Source of the DNA: Anaerohalosphaeraceae bacterium | GTDB lineage: Bacteria; Planctomycetota; Phycisphaerae; Sedimentisphaerales; Anaerohalosphaeraceae | DNA: 64,000 bases | NCBI GenBank assembly: GCA_050309605.1 | Contig: JBNRMN010000033.1 | Coordinates: 64,001 to 128,000, forward strand | Reading direction: 5' to 3' | In this document: positions 58,104 through 64,000 of the stretch, piece by piece | Layout: each line of letters begins with the position of its first letter | Position numbering within the stretch: position 1 is the first letter of the stretch | Made by a program: the position numbers and the translations under genes | The notes under the pieces: model-generated | What the model was told of the DNA's origin: nothing | Databases searched by the model: none | Seen by the model: only the letters and a program-made list of their open reading frames with translations

Positions 58104-60320
58104 ATGAAAAGAGTAGCAGGATTCGTTTGCATGATGCTTGCAGCGGGAGTGGTTTCCAGCAGCTTTGCGATGTCCCCCATCCTGATGGGTGATTTTGAAA
58201 GCGGTTCGGTCATACATAGTTCGCAAGACATTCGCTGGGACGGCTGGATGGTCAACCTTAACAGTTCGGCCGTCACTGTTCCTGCGGTGGCGGCAACGCG
58301 CGGCACTCACTCACTGAAATGGGTTGATCTTGACGGCGGCGACTGGCTTGCTGATAGTATCACTTATCCCTTCGGCGCTACATTGGATGAAAGGCTGGAG
58401 GCGTGGCTGAATCCCGGCTCCGCTATTACCGTTGATGTAACCGCCATCCCGGACGAAGTAACCGGCGGTTGGGCAGCGCTGGGTCTTTTCTTCAATGCTG
58501 CCGGCGGCTGGGGATTTGATGATACAACCTGGCAGGATATCATTGTCGATGGAACCCCGCACACCTATGTGTTCTATGTGACTGAACGGGTCAGAGAGGT
58601 GATTTTGGACTCCATCGGCGGTTGGGGATGTAATCTCGGCTTTGGGATGAGGACAGCGGCCGGAGAAGCGATAACGCTTTACCTCGACAATATCTGGATC
58701 TATCCGGACGGCCCGACTGCTCACTTGTTTCCTCATGCTCCGAGTTATGATGAGGTGATCAGTCTGGACCCGGATTATTCGGACATTACTTTGAAGTGGA
58801 AAGCGCCCGCCGATCCGGGTGATCCGAATCGCCTTCCGGATCCGAATGTGATCTATGCAGTTCATCCGGATATTGTCGATCAATACGTTTTCATGGCAGA
58901 GTTAGGCTCTCCTGATCCGAATCTGTATTATGTCGGCAATACGGGTATAGATCCGGGGACAGACGATCCGGATTCTGAGTTTGGCATACTCACCCTGCCT
59001 GTCAACAGCGCTTATCGCTGGGCTGTTGTGTCGGTGCTGGATGGGTATGAGCAGGTCTTAACGCCCACTGTCAGCCGCCTGATTGATGTGGATACGCGCA
59101 ATATCATCGGCCCGGTTTGGACTCTGCAGACGCGGATGACCACTCCGCAGATCCACACCCAACCAGTCAGTACGCGCTTCGGCGTAAACGATGCAGAGGC
59201 ACAGTTCACGGTGGGTGTAGATATGGGTTATGCACCGTCTTATCAGTGGTATTATTCTCTGGATGCAGTGATTGATGACGGAGATGTTCCGATCTCCCAA
59301 GCCATCGGCGGGAATACCGATACGATGACAATTTCCGCTCGTAATAAAGCGTATCAGGCCTATTATTACTGCCGGGTTTGGAATGATTCCACCGTTTCCG
59401 GCGGCGGTACACAGCCGGACGTCTATTCCGATATCGTTTCACTGGTCGTGGAGCGCAAGGTGGCGGAATACCTGTTTGATGGGAACTTCAATGACACCAG
59501 CACCATGGCATTCCACGGCGCCGGCGTCGGCTCGCCGACCTTCGTATCCGGTGTGGGCGACAGCGGCCAGGCCTTGTCTCTGGACGGTTCCACGCAGTAT
59601 GTGGTACTCGGCGATCCGGCCGACCCCAACACGTTTAATAAGGCTTTCCCGCGTGCCGACCTGCTTGCCGAGGGCGGCATAGGCGGCGGTCTGGATGTCG
59701 GAAGTATCACGTGCTGGATTAAATTGAACCCCACCGCAGCCGATCAGATATCGCCGATCATGTTCAATGCCAATGGCGGCTGGCCGCATACGGAATTCCG
59801 GTTTGAGATTCCTACGGATTCTGCGGCGGCGAATACCAATCTGCGGTCCTACATTTGGGGCGATACCGGCGACCTGCTCTTCTGGATGGATGTCAACCCG
59901 GTGTGGGCCGACCCCTTCAATATGGGCGGTGACGGCCAGTGGCATATGCTTGCGTTAACCTGGGACATGAATGGAACCGTAAAGTCCTATGTGAACGGCA
60001 ATTTGCTGGCTTCCTGGAACGCCGGTCCGAGTGTGTTCTCTGCGTGGAACAACGCCCCGATGCGGATTGGCTTTGACGGCGACAATTACTTTGGCGGACT
60101 GATTGACAACCTGAGAGTCTATAACTATGAAATTACAGCGGAAGAGATTGTCGAGGAATACTACAGTGTGACAGGCCAACCCGGATGTATTTATGACTTT
60201 GCCGGCAGTGCCTTGAATGTGAACCAGTTGGGATCCTCGTACTGTCGGCTTGATCTGGCTGATTTAGCCGCATTTGCGGCCTACTGGCTCAATGACGGGT
60301 TTTATACCCCGGTTCCATAA
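58104..60320 (+). CDS. Secreted protein: CBM-like N-domain, Ig-like domain, LamG-like domain, dockerin-like tail
   Basis: Signal peptide; GDFE..YLDNI; PQIHTQP..YQWY..YYCRV; WHMLALTWD..IDNLRVYNY; CRLDLADLAAFAAYWL. Confidence 0.8.
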   Translation: MKRVAGFVCMMLAAGVVSSSFAMSPILMGDFESGSVIHSSQDIRWDGWMVNLNSSAVTVPAVAATRGTHSLKWVDLDGGDWLADSITYPFGATLDERLEAWLNPGSAITVDVTAIPDEVTGGWAALGLFFNAAGGWGFDDTTWQDIIVDGTPHTYVFYVTERVREVILDSIGGWGCNLGFGMRTAAGEAITLYLDNIWIYPDGPTAHLFPHAPSYDEVISLDPDYSDITLKWKAPADPGDPNRLPDPNVIYAVHPDIVDQYVFMAELGSPDPNLYYVGNTGIDPGTDDPDSEFGILTLPVNSAYRWAVVSVLDGYEQVLTPTVSRLIDVDTRNIIGPVWTLQTRMTTPQIHTQPVSTRFGVNDAEAQFTVGVDMGYAPSYQWYYSLDAVIDDGDVPISQAIGGNTDTMTISARNKAYQAYYYCRVWNDSTVSGGGTQPDVYSDIVSLVVERKVAEYLFDGNFNDTSTMAFHGAGVGSPTFVSGVGDSGQALSLDGSTQYVVLGDPADPNTFNKAFPRADLLAEGGIGGGLDVGSITCWIKLNPTAADQISPIMFNANGGWPHTEFRFEIPTDSAAANTNLRSYIWGDTGDLLFWMDVNPVWADPFNMGGDGQWHMLALTWDMNGTVKSYVNGNLLASWNAGPSVFSAWNNAPMRIGFDGDNYFGGLIDNLRVYNYEITAEEIVEEYYSVTGQPGCIYDFAGSALNVNQLGSSYCRLDLADLAAFAAYWLNDGFYTPVP

Positions 60321-60545
60321 ATCGTGTTGGTTTCGGGTGTGATGCGGTATAACCAGTATATCATCATCTTTCCGCGAGCGGGCGGTGCGGGGCCGCCCGC
60401 TAACAACCTTGTGCGGGAATGATGCGTCAGCATGCGAATAAAAGGATTACCAGGCAAAGTGACGGAGCATGAGTGAAAGGTAAACAATGCAAGTCGTTGT
60501 CATGTGCGGTTGAAATGTAAACTTAATGTTGCGGAGGATTAAACG

Positions 60546-61190
60546 ATGAAAAATGCAGTGATGTTAATGTGTGTGTTGTCAATGGCGTCTCTTGGTTTGG
60601 GGGCCGTGGAAATCCTGGCTTACGATTTTGAAGGTTTAGACCCTTGGGGGTGGGGCGGCGGTACTGTTGTCGAAGGCATCGGTGCAACTTCAGGCGCCCA
60701 TTCTTTGATGACCGAAGGCGGAGGCTGGGGTGTACGTTGGGAAATGTATCTCAACGGTACGCCGGCAAAAGACGCCCTGGGCCAAGGCGGTTTTGTTATC
60801 GTTGATGTTACAACCTTTGCGGAAGATTTCCCCGACGCTTGGGGATCGATGGGCCTGATGATCAATGCAGGTGGCGAAAATAGCAGTACTTGGGATACTT
60901 ATGACTGGCAAGGCCTTGCGCTTGGTACGACTCAAACCCTTATATTCCAGTTTCCTGAAGAGGTGGCGGCGGCGATCTCAGGTTACGATTGGTGGTTCAA
61001 TGTTGGTTTTGCCACCAGCGCACCTGACGCGGTCCCTGCTGAATATGATCCGATTACAGGTGAACTCATTACGCCTGCGATTACCCCGACGTTCTATTTT
61101 GACAATGTCCGTATCGTTGTTCCGGAACCTGCAACACTTTCTCTGCTGGGGGTTGGCGCTCTGGCGATGCGGAAACGTCGCATCGCGTAA
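60546..61190 (+). CDS. PEP-CTERM sorting-signal protein with a CBM-like domain
   Basis: Signal peptide; C-terminus VPEPATLSLLGVGALAMRKRRIA; GGAGG RBS. Confidence 0.92.
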   Translation: MKNAVMLMCVLSMASLGLGAVEILAYDFEGLDPWGWGGGTVVEGIGATSGAHSLMTEGGGWGVRWEMYLNGTPAKDALGQGGFVIVDVTTFAEDFPDAWGSMGLMINAGGENSSTWDTYDWQGLALGTTQTLIFQFPEEVAAAISGYDWWFNVGFATSAPDAVPAEYDPITGELITPAITPTFYFDNVRIVVPEPATLSLLGVGALAMRKRRIA

Positions 61191-61310
61191 GTTGACTCAG
61201 AAATGGTCAGTTTCGGCGGGCCGGCATGAAAGTGTCGGCTCGCATTCTAAACAGCAATTCTTCAGATACGGCACGATGACGATGATGATTCTCTGTTCGG
61301 GGATAGAAAG

Positions 61311-64000
61311 ATGAGATTTTCTGAACCGTATGCACCGGCACGTAAAGGCTTTGTTGTTTGCGTGTTTGTCCTGCTTCTGTTGTCAATCCCTTTGCACGCC
61401 GCCGGTGTGATGCTCGGCGACTTTGAAGGCAGTATGGACGGCTGGACGGCAGGCAGCGGCGTTACCACGGACTTTTCGACTCAAGGCGTTACGCATGGCG
61501 CCGGTTCTCTCCAGGTGACGTTTTCGAGCGGCTGGAGGAGTCTCATGACCAAAAGCATGGTCTCGCAATTGAGCGTGCTGCAAACCATGACCTCGGTCAG
61601 TATGGATGTAACGACGCGAAATGACGGAGGGCAAATCCCCGGCTGGCTGGATTTCCTGTTCATTATCAACAGCGGCTCAACCGGCTGGCAGCAATTTGAC
61701 CTGGCCTATCCCGGGGTGCCTGTAAATCCGAGAACAGATACCCTGACAGTAACAATCCCCCAGAGCATTCGAGATGCTTTTCAGAACGGCACCGGAGGTT
61801 ATGCAGACTTTATTCTGATCGCCAATTCCGGCAGCGGCGGCACCGCCTGGTTTGACAATATCACCGCGACACTTCCCGGATCAGACAATGTGACGATCCA
61901 GGTCAACGCCGAGGCGCCGATTCGGACTATTCCGATGACGATGTACGGGGCGAATTTACAGGCATGGGACGGCGCCCAGGCCGGAACCAACTCGGCGTAT
62001 AACAATTTGCAGAAAGCCACCGGCCGCAAGTATTTTCGTATGCCCGGCGGCTCGTGGGCCAATGGCCATCTCTGGAGCGACATCAAAGAGATCCACAGCC
62101 CCTACGGATCGGCGACATGGAAGGTCGGTTACAGCGAAACGCTCAATCTTATGAGTGCCCTCAGTCGGCCGGGCGAAACCATTCCTCCGACAATACAGCC
62201 CATCGTCAATTTCCCCGGGGGCTGGTACGGCTATACGGACGCCAACGACAACTATGTTACCATTCTGCACGGCCATCAGGCCGCCGTCGATGCGGCGGTT
62301 GCCTGGGTTCAGGATCAAACGGCCAGACCCGTCTGTGCGGAATACTGGGAAATCGGCAACGAAATCGGCGGACCGTGGGAAGTCGGGTGGTTTGAAGGCA
62401 TCAGCGGAACGTATTACGGTGACAAGTTTGCCGATTTCTACCTGGCGATGAAAGCAGTCAATCCGAATATCAAGATCGGCGCCGTTGCCGAACCGAAACA
62501 CGAGCTTCAGCCCTGGGGGTGGTACGAGGGGTACTGGACCTATGATACTCTTTCAGCGTCCGCGGCGAAAAATGTGATTCCTGATTTTCTGATTATTCAT
62601 GCGTATCCCGGTACCGGCCAACCGGCGTCGTACAATCCAACGCTTTTAAGCTCGGATATCAACGATATCGGGAATTTTACCGCAAATCTGGATTCCATTG
62701 TCGCCAACGCGCTCGGGCAGCAATATGTCGGTCAGGTTCGGTATGCCATGACCGAATGGGATGCCGGAGGGCACACCAACTATAGTCGCGTAACCTGTTA
62801 TGTCAATGCGCTGTTTCATGCTCAATATATCCTGGAGATGGCCAGGCATCACTGGGATGTGTCCAACCCCTGGATTCCGGAGTACGGCAGTAATTTCAGG
62901 GTCTATCCGGTATGGTATGTCAATCCGCTGCTGGTTCATTATTTCGGGCGGGACATGGTGCAGGCGTCCAGTTCCGATTCGCCTCTGGTTCGTGCGTATG
63001 CCGCGAAGGATACCGAAGGGAATCTGACCGTCTTCATTGCGAATAATTCTCCAACGTCAAGTATAACCGCCGATGTTAATATTTCGGGTTTTACGGCGGG
63101 CAGCGGCGGGCAGCGTTGGCTCCTGGAACCGGCCGGTTCGATGATCGCCGGCGGGGTCAATATCCAGGACAAGGATGACATCAGCATCAACGGTGTGGTC
63201 CGTCCGGACCCGCTGACGGCCCCGTCTCTGCCGTCTCAGCCGTTTGCCGCCGGCAATCAGTTCAGTGTAACGCTTCCGGCAAGCGGTATGCTGCTGCTGA
63301 AAGTCCCCGCTGCTACGGGCGACACCACGCCGCCGGCGCCGCCGACTGGTCTTGCGGCAACGCTCAGCGTCATCGATACGCATGTGGACTGGGACGACAA
63401 TACGGAATCGGATCTGGCCGGCTATAATGTTTATCGTTCTGAAACATCCGGCGCCGGCTACTTGAAGCTCAACGGCACATTACTCATTGAATCTGAATAT
63501 GCTGATAACAGCACGGCCGATGGACAGACTTATTATTATGTCATCAAGGCGGTGGATACGTCCTGGAATGAATCGGGCGCTTCCGGTGAGTTGGCCGTCA
63601 CAATCCCCAGGACAGCGATTGGTTTGATCCTCCGCGAATGGTGGACCGGCATCAGCGGCGCCGCGGTCAGCCAGTTAACCTCCAACATACACTATCCGAA
63701 CAATCCTTCGGGACGACAGCTTATCACGAGTCTCGAAGGCCCGGTCAATTGGGCCGAAAACTACGGAACGCGCATCCGCGGCTATCTCTATCCGCCGACA
63801 ACCGGCAGTTATACCTTCTGGATCGCCGGCGATGATAACAGCCAGTTGTGGCTCAGCACGGATGGCTCACCTGCTCATAGATCTCTCATCGCACAGGTCA
63901 CCGGCTGGACGGATTCCCGCGAGTGGAACAAGTTTTCCTCACAGCGGTCCTCTCCGCGCATCCTGACGGCCGGGCAAAAATATTACATCGAAGTGCTGCA
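61311..64000 (+). CDS. Large secreted clan GH-A glycoside hydrolase (GH51/GH44/GH79-like) with N-terminal CBM-like, FN3 and PA14 domains; runs off the window and is absent from the ORF track
   Basis: Hand translation from ATG 61311 stays open to the end: RMPGGS, YWEIGNE, IIHAYP, AMTEW, DTTPPAPPTGL..GYNVYRS, REWWTGI..YGTRIRGYLYPPTTGSYTFWIAGDD. Confidence 0.85.
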   Translation, partial: MRFSEPYAPARKGFVVCVFVLLLLSIPLHAAGVMLGDFEGSMDGWTAGSGVTTDFSTQGVTHGAGSLQVTFSSGWRSLMTKSMVSQLSVLQTMTSVSMDVTTRNDGGQIPGWLDFLFIINSGSTGWQQFDLAYPGVPVNPRTDTLTVTIPQSIRDAFQNGTGGYADFILIANSGSGGTAWFDNITATLPGSDNVTIQVNAEAPIRTIPMTMYGANLQAWDGAQAGTNSAYNNLQKATGRKYFRMPGGSWANGHLWSDIKEIHSPYGSATWKVGYSETLNLMSALSRPGETIPPTIQPIVNFPGGWYGYTDANDNYVTILHGHQAAVDAAVAWVQDQTARPVCAEYWEIGNEIGGPWEVGWFEGISGTYYGDKFADFYLAMKAVNPNIKIGAVAEPKHELQPWGWYEGYWTYDTLSASAAKNVIPDFLIIHAYPGTGQPASYNPTLLSSDINDIGNFTANLDSIVANALGQQYVGQVRYAMTEWDAGGHTNYSRVTCYVNALFHAQYILEMARHHWDVSNPWIPEYGSNFRVYPVWYVNPLLVHYFGRDMVQASSSDSPLVRAYAAKDTEGNLTVFIANNSPTSSITADVNISGFTAGSGGQRWLLEPAGSMIAGGVNIQDKDDISINGVVRPDPLTAPSLPSQPFAAGNQFSVTLPASGMLLLKVPAATGDTTPPAPPTGLAATLSVIDTHVDWDDNTESDLAGYNVYRSETSGAGYLKLNGTLLIESEYADNSTADGQTYYYVIKAVDTSWNESGASGELAVTIPRTAIGLILREWWTGISGAAVSQLTSNIHYPNNPSGRQLITSLEGPVNWAENYGTRIRGYLYPPTTGSYTFWIAGDDNSQLWLSTDGSPAHRSLIAQVTGWTDSREWNKFSSQRSSPRILTAGQKYYIEVL

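Noticed and set aside
60377..60401. Terminator between the 58104 and 60546 genes
   Set aside because: The 9-bp GC stem has no U-tail on the sense strand; it could be an mRNA stability element but I cannot support a call.

Overview
A GC-rich bacterial chromosomal window. Gene content points to Planctomycetota, most likely Phycisphaerae/Sedimentisphaerales (inference from ECF sigma/FecR pairs, dockerin-like C-terminal tails, a PEP-CTERM protein, a HEAT-DUF1080 fusion and a Ser/Thr kinase). The left half is mostly housekeeping: histidine kinase, GH51, treZ-treY, leuA-C-D-B, eno, cmk-plsC, glyQS, argB-D-F and tRNA-Thr(TGT). The right half is carbohydrate-utilisation accessory DNA: a XylR-regulated oxidoreductase/DUF1080 cluster and two ECF sigma/anti-sigma modules with secreted multidomain proteins. 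The most striking structure is in the leucine operon. Each of its three internal gene junctions holds an AT-rich four-helix-bundle gene (23S-IVS-protein/Avd-like fold), and each gene is bracketed by its own imperfect inverted repeat built from ~7-bp units, so it would sit in the loop of an mRNA stem. An empty periodic hairpin and solo periodic arms elsewhere in the window suggest a family of small repeat-flanked intergenic cassettes. Also seen: an internally deleted IS1182-like element in a palindrome, an FtsB-like gene after eno, a low-GC in-frame insert in GlyRS, and a domain shared by three adjacent secreted proteins. All product calls come from recognising motifs by eye; no database search was run.
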